Part shown: positions 1 to 18,680 of the stretch, piece by piece
How positions within the stretch are numbered: position 1 is the stretch's first letter
Layout: each line of letters starts with the position of its first letter
Assembly (NCBI GenBank): GCA_002269645.1
Contig: NIVC01002096.1
Span: forward strand, 1 to 64,000
DNA from: Macrostomum lignano
Taxonomy: Eukaryota
Length of the DNA: 64,000 nucleotides
Direction of reading: 5' to 3'
The notes under the pieces: model-generated
What the model saw: only the letters and a program-made list of their open reading frames with translations
Told to the model about the DNA's origin: nothing
Databases searched by the model: none
Made by a program: the position numbers and the translations under genes

Positions 1-3000
1 TATGTTTTAGCTGTACAGTGTAGCCACCGTCATTGTGCTCGAGACGAGCCTCCAGCTTGATAGGATTGCGCAGGAAAGGAGCCTTGCACTCCAGCTCGAA
101 CTCACGATCAAGCGCCTTAGCGGCCAGATGGATGGTCAACTCGATCGCTTTTTCAGTGGACACGTCAGCATCCCAGGCGATGGTGTTCTTGATCTTGAGC
201 TTGTTGTCAGTTACCTCTGGCTGTACGTCCATGCGGATTTTCCTTGTTGGTAGGATGATCTCCAAAGTGTATGTGCGAGCTTCAGAGGCAGGAGATTTGG
301 ACTTGTAGAGAACAGTAACTCCATGAGACTGTCGCTTGTCGAGGTAGAGCTCCATAGTAACCAGACTTTCGCTAGCTGTTTCCCTAAACTCTTTGCCGAT
401 GACAAACTGACGACGCGGGCACTCTGTCTCCAACTTGAAGTCAGGAAGCACGGCATTCTCTTTCGCTGGGTTGTAGCTCAACTTCAGAGAATACTTCTGA
501 AGGTTGTCGCCAAACTTGTCGAGAGAGAAGCTCAGTTTAGCCGGCCTGTCCTCGCTAGCGGACTCAAACTTCATGTTCCACTCCATCTTGCCAGTGATTT
601 GAACTTCAACCTTCTTCACCCCATAACCACTTTGTCCGTCAAGGCGGGCATCGGTTGTGCTTAGATCTTCGCCGTTGATCTTGATGGTGTCCTTGTAGAC
701 AAGAGTGTAGGCATCAGAGTCGCTTTCCATCTTACTTTCCAGACGCGCCTCCAGAGACCTGATCTGCCAGCTGGACAGCAAATCGAACTTAGATGTCAGG
801 CTAGTCTCCAGGTCAAGATTGAGTCTTGGCTTGAAGCGGTACTTACGAGCAGTCAGCACCCACACAATCTGCTCGGTGTCTTCGCCCAGACCGTACTGAA
901 CTTTCATCTGGCGGCCTTCAGTTAGCTGCTGAACTTCAGCCTTGAGGCTGACTGCTGATCGATTCCAGTGCGGGCAGCGCCAGCTGAACAATCAGCTCCT
1001 TCTTGTCCGAGTCATCGTCTCCAGACAGGAACTTGGGAAACTGAACCTTTAGATCGATCTTATCCTTAAGCTTCAGTTCAAACTTTGGCTCTCTAAAAGA
1101 CGCACTGAATTGGTTTCCAATCTTACAGGTAGCCTCGACACTGGGCATATCCATATCAACGTCGACTTTCATTACCCAGATTTTTTCATCGCTAGTACTG
1201 ACCAGGTCGCTCTCGATCTTGAAAGCCTGGGGTGCGTTTCTGAAGTCGTGTTCGTAGTTCATGCTCTTCACACCGATGCAAGGAGCCTCAAATACAATGC
1301 TAAGCTTGCGGACTGAAACCTAGCACCGATGGTTAGCTTCATCGGGTAGCTGGTAGTTGGCAACTGGATCTTGTAGTTCGGCCAAAGAGTTAGCTCGGTG
1401 TTCTCAGCGTTGGTCTCGTGATTGATGGTCAGATCGGCTGACGCGTCCGTTAGCTCGTAGTCGACTCGCAGTAAGTTCGGACGAGAGCTCTTGCCGTAGT
1501 TGATGGCAATCTGTTTTTGTTGCATTTTGACCTCGATGACTTTAGTCTCACCATCTGATTCAATCTCGATCTTGGCACGAGCATCTTGCCAGTTCTGGTA
1601 TTTACCTTCCCACTTCACCTGAAGCGTGTTGGCCTCATCGGAGTCGGTCGTCATGGTTACTTGAATTTCGCCATCAGAGCCAGAGGTTACAGCGAACTCG
1701 CGTCCGAAAGCACTGACTTTGCCAGATTTAATTTTGCGTCTTCATACTCCCAGCTGGCAGTTATTGGTTCGCGCACTTGGGGCAGTTGCACAGACGATTT
1801 CCATTCAAAGTTATTCTCCGATTTCACTGCGCGAACAAAGTAGGCGTCAATGCCGGAGCCCTTGATCTGCATTCCGCGGTCGATATTCGCCACTGGGATC
1901 GAGGAGTCGCTTCGCGGTGAGTTGAGCCAGAACAGCTTGGCCTTGAGCAGCTCTTCGTCGCGATCAGCCATGCTAAGTGAGGCGTTAAGCGTCTTGTCAG
2001 AACCGTAGTTGTAGCTTGCCTGCAGCTTGACACGCGCCATGTCCCCTAAGAAAAATCGAAGGTCGCTATGCAGCAGGACTTCGCCCTTGATACCATCAGC
2101 AGCGTCAGTCTGAGTGTAGGCACAGTTGATTAGTTTGTGAGTACTTCCATTCCAACGGAAGGCGGCCAAAATCTGCTTCTTGTATTGGCTGTGCTCAAAT
2201 CGGAAAGCAACCATCTGTAGCTTCGAAGAGGCTAGATCCATGTCCAGGCCAAGCTGGAACCTTGTCGGCTGAAGAGGGTAAGTCATGTTGGCTTGTCCAA
2301 CGATCAAGTCGCGAGCCACTTCGTTCGTGCAGAAGGAGCACTTGACACGAAAGTTGACCTTCCTAGTGCCGCAAGACAGGTCCTCAACTTCATAGATGGC
2401 AGCAGCCTCTTCGTCGTTGTACTCCACACCAGCAAAAGCGTTCTTGCTGTCCAGCTCCATGCGGGCACCGTACTTAACTTCCCAGCTTCCGTAGTTCTTT
2501 GCCTTTACTTTGGCCTCCGCCTTGAACGGCCAATAGTTAATAGCGCTGGACAAAAGCAGCATTGGCTCCTTTGTGGTGGTATGGTCGGGCGAGCTGACTG
2601 ATGCTACGAACTCAAATTCCATCGTAGGCTTCTTCTTCAGCATTAGCTCGTATTCTAGCTTCTTGTAGCTTATCTGACCCTCAAAGCCTTCGATCTCGGC
2701 TTTTCCTGTCAGACCCAGAAGGAAGCTGTAGCCAGGCGTACTGCGGCTGAATGTTGCTGTTCCACTCTTCTTGATTTGCATCTGCTTTGTGAGGCTAACA
2801 ATCTTGGCGATGGCGTCAAACTTGATTGCCTCAGGAACGTCAGTCTCCAACCTGATCTTGATGCCAGCCTCCTGAAGAAGCGGATGCGCCGTCTTCAGAT
2901 CGACCATGAAGATGTTTGATTCGATTTTCAGCATGGCGCCCACGATCTTGGTGCTGTCGATCTCAATCTCCGACTCGAACTGAGCGCCGTTGTCCTGGCT

Positions 3001-6000
3001 GATTTCAGATTTTGCCTTCATCGACTTGAGGGGCAAAACTCCAAAGTCGCCTTCGAGCTTCAGTTCGGCTGCCTTTCGAGTTGGGGCTGCATTGAGTTCA
3101 AGACGCAGTTTAGTTTCCCGGATGGTAAGAGCAGCGACCAAGTAGTTCTCGGAATCTGCACGACCACCAGTGACGTTCAGTTTGGAGCTCAATGGCACAG
3201 CACTGATTTGACCCTCCAAGTTGGCTAGGGCCTCGTACTTAGGAGATCTCGTCGAATAATCCAGATAACGAATCTTCATGTCCATCTTGACGTCATGCCA
3301 TCTCCAAGAGTCCATAGAAGCGATCTTCAAACTGCCACTCTCACCATCATAGCTAGCATTCGACTTTATAGACTGATCTTTGCAATAGACTTTGACCTTG
3401 ACTCTTTTGCCAGAAGCGCTGTCTTTAGTTCTGGCGGCGCTCACACCGTATTTAACTTCGCTATCAGACCAGCCCTTCACGCGAAGCAGGTGTTTCCAGA
3501 TCTCGCCCTCGCGGCTTTCTAACTTGATGACGTTTTGAAGAACGATTTCCTGAGTAGCTGCTGGTCCAGTCATTTTGCTTTCGTGTTCGAATCGCATGCC
3601 CCACAGCAGGTCGTTGAGCAGTTGTAGGCTCTTTTCGATTCTGTATCTCCCAGCTACCAGACGGACCTGGTAAGCCATGAGTTCAGCAATATCGGCAAGG
3701 GACTGTTGATCGATACTAACGCGGTTCTCTACGTCGTAAGTCTTCTCCCGGGTCTCCAGAGTCATCTTGTGCTTCAGCTCGTGATCTCTCTCTGGGCCTA
3801 CCTGCTTCAGACGGAGACTATGGATGCTGCTAAGAACCTTTGCGTCGTTCTTCTTGACAATGACGTCGGCGTTCACGACACCTTCCTCCGGTCGGGTCAG
3901 GCCGCTCTTGATTTCCATTTTGTTATCCTGCCAGTCCTGCCAAAAAAACTCGTGCCTGATTGCGTCGACGCCTTCCGCCTTCTGTAGCTTGCTCTGCAGA
4001 TGGAAGTAGACGTAATCGTTGTACTCGGCCTTGGCAATTTGCTCGCTCAGCATCTTCTCAGTGTTCAGGACATGCTTAACCTGGATGGCGTAACTTTTGC
4101 TTCCAAGTTGAGCTTTAGCCTTCATCTGGACCGCCTGCTTTCCAAGGGACCAACGACCCCATGGAAGGTGCTGCAGCTCGGCTTGGTACTGGGCAGTTTG
4201 TCCCTGTGATATTGATAGGATTTTTCCAGAGTTAAATCCAACTGTACATGTATATTTTAAAGCCAAGGTTCTGATTAATAAAAACCCACAGATTTGCTTA
4301 CCTCAAAGCTAATTCCATAGCTCAGCGCATATTTGTACTGCTTTCCAAGTCCATCAGTAGCGTTGGTAAACTGACTCATCTCGATCTTCACCCGATCCAC
4401 TTTGGCTGTCACAGACCTGCCCTCCTTCGAGTAGGTGACCTCTCCAGAGCCGGAAATTTCAGTCTTCTGGCTTTGCTCGATCTTCTTGACGCCGAATCGG
4501 GCATCGAAGTCGAATGGAGACTTAGCACTGTCGCTGCCGTACTGCAGCTTGTGGCTGATGGTGGCGCTGTACTGCTTTCCGTCAGCTTCCGATCGGCTGG
4601 TCAACTTTGAGTGCAAATTGTGCATGAAATTCTTGCCCATAGGGTTCTGCAGGGCAAAGTCGTACAGGAAAACGGTGGAAGCGTCGTCGGCGCTGCCTTC
4701 GACAGTCTGGCGGTACTGAACCCGGTAGCGCACGGCGGTCGTGTCGCCCTTCTGAGTCTTGTACTCGGAGCCCATCTGCCAGAAGAAGTTAGACTCCTGC
4801 AGCTTAAGATCGTACTCAAGGTTAAGCTCGTTTTCGTGTGCATCTTAGCCTGCAGCTTAGTGGTAGCGATTGGCAGCAGCACCGGAGTCAGGCCAGAGAA
4901 CTTGTGCTCCAGGGTCACTTGCACCTTTGGTCGATCTTATCTTTCGGGTGAACCTCTCCCTGAATGCTGTTAAAAATAAATACGAATTCTTTAAATTCGA
5001 AGTGGCAGGCACTGATATGAAGGAATAAGAGCTAATACTAATGATTACTCATACACTTACATAACTCCCTTCTCTGAGTCAGGTCGAACTGAGCCAGTAG
5101 CCAAATACTCGACAGAGCCAATCTGAGCCTTTGCGTTCACCTGGTGTCCAGATTCGGACTTGGTGAAGTTTGAATCAATGACAATCGGGAAGATCGGGTT
5201 TTGCAGCTCGAGTTTGTAGCTGATGTTGTCTCTACGGCTGACCGACTGGATGTTGAACTTCAGCAGTCGCTCCTTTGACTTTCGATCACCAATCAATAGC
5301 TGCAGTTGCTTTTCGCTGCGCTGACTCTTCCACTTGTAGTTCACCTCGAAGGCGCTAAAGTCGTCACTCTTTTCCAGGAACAGCTGGTAGCTGCTTGGGC
5401 ACTGGAGGATCTTGCACGGGCTTGTCTGGCAGTTTGGAAGGCTCTCAGTCTTGAAGCAGATCTTGTGTCCGCCAAGCTTCTTGGCCAGACCCTCTACGCA
5501 TCTTTCGCTTTGGACGCTAGCTTGCTGCGGTGTCAGTGCCTTCTCAACGTGCTGCTTGCCGGCGGTGTGCTGGAAAAACTTCATCTCAGTCTTGACCTCA
5601 GCAACGCTCTGCCTCTTGTTCAGTGGCTCGATCTTGACCAACAGCTGGCGATCGGAACTGTCATCAAGATTCTTTTTCAGGTTGATGCGCACTCCGGTGC
5701 TGGACAGGAAGCTGGTGCTAGACTGGATTCCGGCGCGTTCGAAGATGGCGTCCACGGCAACTGTGCGCAGCATCTGGATGGCGGCCGTCGGTTGCACCTG
5801 CACCGTGGCCTCGAAGCCGGTGCTCTGGCTGAAGCTCATTTCAGAACGCAGGTTGGTGACGTAGTGAGACTCTTGCTTCACCAGAATTGGCAGGCCTGCA
5901 GTGGTAGGGATAGACAACGTGCTCTCCATGAGAGTTCCAGCCGCGGCGCCGGGTTTCCCGCTGACCATAGACGGCATAAGGCTTTCAGCCTGTCCGCTGG

Positions 6001-8904
6001 CAATCAGAGCAGGCAGGGACTCGATGATTCCGCCGCTGAGATCGGTGTGCGACAGCTCGACCCCGTAGCGTCGAACGAACAGGTCAATTCGCGGCTTGAT
6101 TCGTGTCTGGGTAAGACGGCGTTGCTCATCGGTAAGGTCATCGGGTTGCTGGGCAGTAGCGGGAGCCTCCTCAGAGGATGGCTCGGACTGGCTGTACTTT
6201 TTAGCAATCAGGCTGTACGTCTGCTCGATCAGCTTCTCGAGCCCCTGCATGCGCAGGCCGATCTCCATAAGGTTGATGGACTGGCCCTGGCTCGGCATGT
6301 TCACCGTCAGGTTGAGGCCGATGTAGCGCGGGATGGCGGACTGGGCGGAGAACACGATGGGCACCTCGGCCTGGGCTCCGGCCTCAAGGGCAGGACTGTA
6401 GTACTGGCCTTTGAGGACGTTGGAATACTGACGGCGGCTTAGCTTCTTCAGCTCTGTGGCGGTCTTGGCGCTCAGTAGGATCGGGGACATCATGCGAGCG
6501 TCCTGGCCCTTCAGGTTTTTCAGGTGAGTGTAGACAAACATCTGAACCTGACGGTCGGCCTCGGTCCTATCGAGGAGTTGGCGAATATAATCGCGCAGCA
6601 TTGAGTTGCTGAAACCGTGGCGGGCCAGAGCTTGGAAAGCAGCGATTCGAAATTCGGCGTCTTGGCCCTCGTCGAGCAGCAAATTGCTCAGTTGATGTTT
6701 ATCAGTAGTGGAGAAGTTAGAAAATCGGCGCAGCGAGTGCAGAGCAAAGGCTCGGTAGACGATCTGCAGACGCTGATTGTTGGCGCACTGGACAAGGGAG
6801 TTGACGCCTCCTCGCATCCGACCCATGTTTCCGATAGCCAGCAGAGCCACGAAAGCGTTGTCCGAATCGGCACCGTTGAACTTGGCGCACGCCGGTCCTA
6901 GCGAGTCGGCGAAATAGTCGATAACGGCCTTCACGCGGGAGTCAGACTCGCAGTTCGGCAGCTCTTGGCAGATTTTGTGCACAACAGCGGACAAAGCGAG
7001 GGGCTCGTCACGGTTCACGCCAGTGATGAGTGCTTTGTCCTGGTCGCGAAGGGACCTCACGTAGCTCTGAAAGGTTAGGATTCGTTTGTTTTAATAAACA
7101 GATATGGAGACAGTAAAAATAAGGTCAGTTTATTTTAATCAAGTTGCTCTTACCAGCAATCCCGGCAGGATCTCGGGAGTCGGATGCTGCATCAGGGCGA
7201 CACCGTTCACAATCCAGTCGTTGCGGCCTGCGGCACTGTCCTCGGACTTTTGCAGCTCGTCGATGATGAACTGAACGCTCTGCTTAGTGCCCACGGTCGG
7301 GATAGCCGAGCGCAGAATTACCAGCATCAGGGGATTCCTGTCACAATATCCTGCAGCTCGGACCTGCTTGTAGAGCTGGGCCAGTTGCGCCTTGTCGGTT
7401 ATTCCGCGCATGTATTTGATCAGATCGGCGTATTTCTTCGGCACATCGCGGCTCATCGACTGATTCTTCGTGGCCTCGCACAACTGGTTGAGGGTCTCGT
7501 TGGCCTTGGCAAAGTACTGGCTTGAGGTTTCAGCACCGTGCTTCCTCTCGACGCACTCGGTGGCGCTGTGGAAGATGTCCTCTTCGAGCCAGGCGCTGGC
7601 ATTCTGGCACTGGCTGCTCGACTTGTGGCCGTGGCGCAGGTCGGTTCTCTTGCTCACCTCGTGCAGTGCGCTGATGAGGCCGCTCTCCTCGTTCTTCAGA
7701 GTCAGACGGGTGGTGGTGCGGATCTTCTCCTCGATGCTGTCCGATTGGTGACGAGCGCTCTGGCGCTGCTCCTCCTGGCAGCTGGTGGATTTGACAATGT
7801 CCCGTTCGGGGTCGATTTCCATTCGGCAGGTCAGGCTACCCTTGGTAATCGGGCGCTTTGACTGGGTGGTCTGAAGAGTTAATTAGTAAAGAGTTAAAAG
7901 CTTATAGGCTGTCAGATACACTGTCGGGAGCTATAGTTGTTCATGAAACGAACAAAATAGTAGTTGCAATCTTGAAATACGCACCTCATCCTCAAAAGAT
8001 TTCACGCCTAGCAGCGGATAGGATTGATAGTTCAGCTTCTTGCACTTGGCCAGATCCTTGGTCTTAACGAGTGTGTTGGGTCCCTCGGGCGTGTACTCCG
8101 TCCAGCAGTCGCCGAGAATGTCGCGCTCCTCGAACTCGTGAGCCTGGCCTCGCTGCTCGGTGGACACCTGCAGCTGGGACAACAGGCCGCGCTTCAGGTT
8201 CAAGCTGGCGCGGGTCTCCTCAGCGCCAGGGCACAGCTCCACGACGCGACCGTTATCGAAAGCGAAGCGCAGCGGCGCGCGCAGACCAGCGAGCACCTTG
8301 GCTGGCGGATCGCGCGGACTGAGTGAGCTGGCGTCGTCCAAGTCGCCAACCTTTGCGTTCTTAACCTCGACGGTGAGCGCCATCTCGCAGTCGCTGAGTA
8401 CCTCAACCTTGGCCTGGCCGTTGATTTTCAGGCGACTAGCTTGGCTCGGATTGAGCTCAGAGGAGAGCTCGACAGACTGGTCGAAGTCGTAGGTGTACAC
8501 GTTGCCAGCCCGGTAGCCGGACCAGAAGGTGCGCGAGACGCAGGACGCTGAGCAGCTGCTGCTCAGGGGCCGCGGGGGTCCTTTGGATTGTTGGAATGCA
8601 TAATTATTGTAATAAGTAACAGATTTTCTTATGAAGTTGTGAGGTAAAGCATCTCTCTCTCGCTTTCGAGTTCTTAAGAGTACACGAAGTGGGCATACTC
8701 GTAATCGATTGTTGCAGTTTGAATTGAGGCAGTGTTAACAACCCTCCTGACGACTAACTAGCTGGCTCAATCCTCTATGCGCTTTCGATGGGGATTATCA
8801 TACTAGTAATGGCACAGCTAAATATCCAAATAGTTGAATAGCGACTTACGTGCTTGCACAGCGGCAAGCAGACAGCAGGCTGCAACGAGCAGCTTCAGAT
8901 TCAT
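1..8904 (-). CDS. Large lipid transfer protein (apolipophorin/apoB/vitellogenin superfamily), 3' end outside window; assembled sequence carries about 6 frameshifts
   Basis: Exons 8904-8850 (signal peptide MNLKLLVAACCLLAAVQA), 8580-7985, 7870-7154, 7066-5061, ~4966-4302 and ~4241-<1, with GT-AG junctions and matching phase for the first five. LLTP N-terminal signatures: CSASC..FWYRAGNVYTYDF, LLAIGNMG, EFRIAAFQAL, KKLSRRQY. These are followed by a long amphipathic beta-strand region as in apoB/apolipophorin. About 2750 aa lie within the window. An unlisted open frame runs from 949 to the window edge. Confidence 0.88.
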
Positions 8905-9039
8905 GGTAGCACGAATGGCAGGGCCTTGAGTTGCAGCTCCTGCGCTAGTGAGTTGTTTGTCTTCGATTGTAGAAAGCAAATCCACTGGTTGGCCACAGTG
9001 ATGGCTCTGTTGAGGTGAAAACGAATCTTTTCCTTCCGT

Positions 9040-9046
9040 CTTTATA
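9040..9046 (-). promoter_or_regulatory. Candidate TATA box of the LLTP gene
   Basis: TATAAAG on the minus strand about 140 nt upstream of the ATG at 8904; position is plausible but there is no transcript evidence. Confidence 0.3.
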
Positions 9047-9703
9047 GTATTGTGTCGGGGTCAAAAGTCGATACTTTGGCACAGGGTTTGTCGCTTCAGT
9101 CAGCAGAATTTTCTCGCTCAGCCAACTGAAAGATAAGCTACCGTTTGGTCGGGTTAGCAGTTTGCGCAATAAACTTTCTTAGTGCGCAGAATGGGCTCAA
9201 AGAAATCAAATTGTATTGACTCTCACTACGCACACAATTATGCTGAAGTGGTAAATTTTTTCTTCGTACCAAGTGTATAGATTACTTTTCCGCTAAACAG
9301 CGTGCTTCTATCTCTTAGTTGACGAGTGCCAGTGTCTGCACCAGTTGATAAAAAGAAAACACATTTCTATCTGTAGTCGGCGCCGCAATAGTGCGACTGC
9401 ACCGTTGGCTTTGCGTCAACACCTCGCACTCCAGTTGGAACGCGGCTGAAAATTCTGTAATCTGTCAGCAGTTTTGCAATCAGTTCAATGAAGCGAGGTT
9501 TTTTATATTTTTCAGACAGCGTTTTCCTAGCTATCTTAGTAACTTCGTAAACCATCGTAATTCGATGGTTTACGATGCTTTGTTACGCTCTTAGCAGCTA
9601 GTGCTTTTTTCGCACCAATTCGAAAATATGAGTTAGAAGGCTTTCAAATTGAAAAGTAGGTTTGAATCCCAAGAAGCGTCAGGCCAAGTGCAAGTCGAGT
9701 ATA

Positions 9704-9785
9704 TTTATTATTTATAAAACAAAGCGAAGTTAGTTTAGAAAACTAACCCAACACGAATTTGAAATTCACAGACAAGCAGTTTATT
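9704..9785 (-). promoter_or_regulatory. Candidate polyadenylation signals for ROR
   Basis: AATAAA on the minus strand at 9709-9704 and 9785-9780, 600-700 nt downstream of the ROR stop codon. Confidence 0.3.
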
Positions 9786-10390
9786 TCCAACAAAGAATTG
9801 GATACTAATTTCTCCGGGTTTAAAAGCTTGCATAAAGAATCATTGTCTCTGCTGAAAAGCAAAAAAAGCTGAGGACTTAATTAATTGTGATTGCAATTAT
9901 ATATTCGTACTAGTAGTAAACATACTATATTATTTACACGTATATACTTTAATAGTAGTACATAACATTGTGTCAGCTGATTGTGCTACCATTTACCACA
10001 AGAAGAGGCAGTGTTGCATTGTTGACAGATAAAATAGAAGATAGAAATCAGATACATGTAAAATGGACAGTATTAGCGCAATAATTCTGAACATTGATCT
10101 GTTTGGTAAATAACTTGGAACCTAATTTAAGCCTATAGGCACTGCAACTGCCCCGCAAGAGTGTTTTGCACTCTTGCTCAGCGCGACCACCTACTGGTGG
10201 AAGGGGGCAGGGAGGATCCCGCCTCATCATTGGCCGGCTGACTACCGATATTAAGCCTCATAATACTCGGGAAGTGACAATGGCTTATTATAACCAAGCT
10301 CTTTGAACACCTGACTACCCGCCCAGGATCGTCTGTGCAGCTCAATATCCTTATTTGTCCAATCTTGTTCCTTTAGCGAAGGGTTGGAGT

Positions 10391-16674
<6,284 letters not shown>

Positions 16675-17254
16675 GATGCAGCGTCTCTAAAAAGTCGGAT
16701 TGTAATGAACATGTGCATGTAAGTTAGACTCTGTAACGCTCCTAGTTAATACGCTCGTAGAAGCTGTTCTGCCAAGGTTTTTTCAGATTGGCAACCCCTG
16801 AACCTCCCTGACTTCAGTCTGGCAGTCAGGGAAATTTCAAGAATTTTTGATGACGTGGAAAGCAGAGAAAATCGACATCGGCTTAAAGCTCAGTTTTTTT
16901 CACTGCTGCTGGAACAAAGCATGCGAATGGAAGCTGATGATTGACAGGTGTTGCAGGTGAGAAAATGGATTGTATAACCTCACTCATGATGCAGTTGGCT
17001 CTATCCATCCGCTATTCTCGCCTCGCTAACTCAGCTCAAAATGGCCTTTCACCTTTTTGAAGTGTTACAGTTGGGTGTAGCTTTGTTCATTGGCTTTAAG
17101 TCTACCTTTCTCTTGAAAAAACGTGTAAGAGAGAAATGATTTTAAAAGCGACATGTGACTGCATGCGAAACAGAGCATAAAATCTAAAGAAAAGTTTAAA
17201 GGAGAGGCTCAGAGAACGGAGTTTTGCAAAATAAGCATTTGATAAAATAGGAGA

Positions 17255-17790
17255 GAGGGTAGATAGAGAGGGAGATGGAGAGGGAGATGGAGAGGGAGAT
17301 GGAGAGGGAGATGGGGGGAGATGGAGAGGGAAAGGGAGAGGAGAGGGAGAGGGAGATGGAGAGGGAGATGGGGGGAGATGGAGAGGGAAAGGGAGAGGAG
17401 AGGGAGAGGGAGATGGAGAGGGAGATGGGGGGAGATGGAGAGGGAAAGGGAGAGGAAGAGGGAGAGGGAGATGGAGAGGGAGATGGGGGGAGATGGAGAG
17501 GGAAAGGGAGAGGAAGAGGTAGAGGTAGAGGGAGATTGAGAGGGAGAGGGAGAGGTAGAGGTAGAGGGAGAGGGAGAGGGACAGGGAGATGGAGAGGGAG
17601 AGGGAGAGGGAGAGGTAAAGGGAGAGGGAGATGGAGAGGGAGAGGGAGACGGAGAGGGAGAGGGAGAGGGAGATTGAGAGGGAGAGGGAGATTGAGAGGG
17701 AGAGGGAGATGGAGAGGTAGAGGGAGAGGGAGATGGAGAGGGAGAGGGAGAGGGAGATGGAGAGGGAGATAGAGGGATATAGGTAGGGAG
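17255..17790. repeat. Polypurine (GGAGAG/GGAGAT)n hexamer array
   Basis: Almost pure purine on the plus strand, with internal 48-bp block duplications. Confidence 0.93.
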
Positions 17791-18426
17791 AAGTGGAGAA
17801 GTCCTGTTGAGCAGCAGGTGGTAAATTAAATTATTTAGCTGTAAGAAAAACTCAATCACGAATTAGTTTCCTACTCGTAGTTAGGAAACTAAGCGGCGAC
17901 GAGCTCAAAGAGTTTTATTAGCCTCTAGAAAAGAGCTTACAGTTAATGCAGACGCTGATCTCTGCAACAATAGCCCGTTTTGCTTAGTAATTAATATTTA
18001 ATTTCACTAAAATGCCTAGATTTGACGCTGGCCAGTATATAATACAATGTAAGCCCATAGTATCGCAGCTATTCAGGTGAAGGTTTAGCGGTGAAGGGCA
18101 TTAACAGCGTATATACCAGTGGGCAATGCTCTCATAGAATGAAAGCTGGGGTGAGTGAGCCGGGCAGATCTGGCTAAATGCTTTAGCGACATTGAAACCA
18201 TTGCGGCCTTTGAGGAGGGGGTCAGGGTGATTTTTGGGATTCTCAGCAGTGGCGCTGCAGTGGGGAACATTATGCAGGCTGCTTACACTAAATTACGTTT
18301 TAGCTATATAATAGAGATGCCTAAGGGGTATGGAGCTGTGCCAAGGACACCCAAAAACAGAACTTGGAATTATACATCTCTTGCACATCCACTATACTAA
18401 AACTAAAAGAAATTTATCGGAGCATC

Positions 18427-18680
18427 TGAACCGATTATAACAAAACTTGCTTTCATTTGAAATCTAAATAAACGATTTTTAAATGAACCGATTATAACAA
18501 AACTTGCTTTCATTTGAAATCTAAGTAAACGATTTTTAACTGAACCGATTATAACAAAACTTGCTTTCATTTTAAATCTGAATAATCGGTTTTTAAATGA
18601 GCCGATTGTAACAAAACTTGCTTTATTTTAAATCCGAATAAACGGTTTTTAGCCGAACCGATTATAACAAAACTTGCTTT
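18427..18680. repeat. 57-bp tandem repeat, about 4.5 copies
   Basis: Unit starts TGAACCGATTATAACAAAACTTGC at 18427, 18484, 18541, 18598 and 18655. Confidence 0.9.

Noticed and set aside
4271-4301. A 31-nt intron in the LLTP gene using the AG at 4272-4271
   Set aside because: It leads to a stop after 12 codons and is much shorter than the other introns. The 60-nt intron ending at 4242 is preferred, though either choice needs a nearby frameshift.
5306-6442. 378-aa plus-strand ORF and other antisense ORFs over the LLTP and ROR exons
   Set aside because: Shadow ORFs caused by GC3-rich codon usage on the coding strand; no recognisable motifs or splice context.
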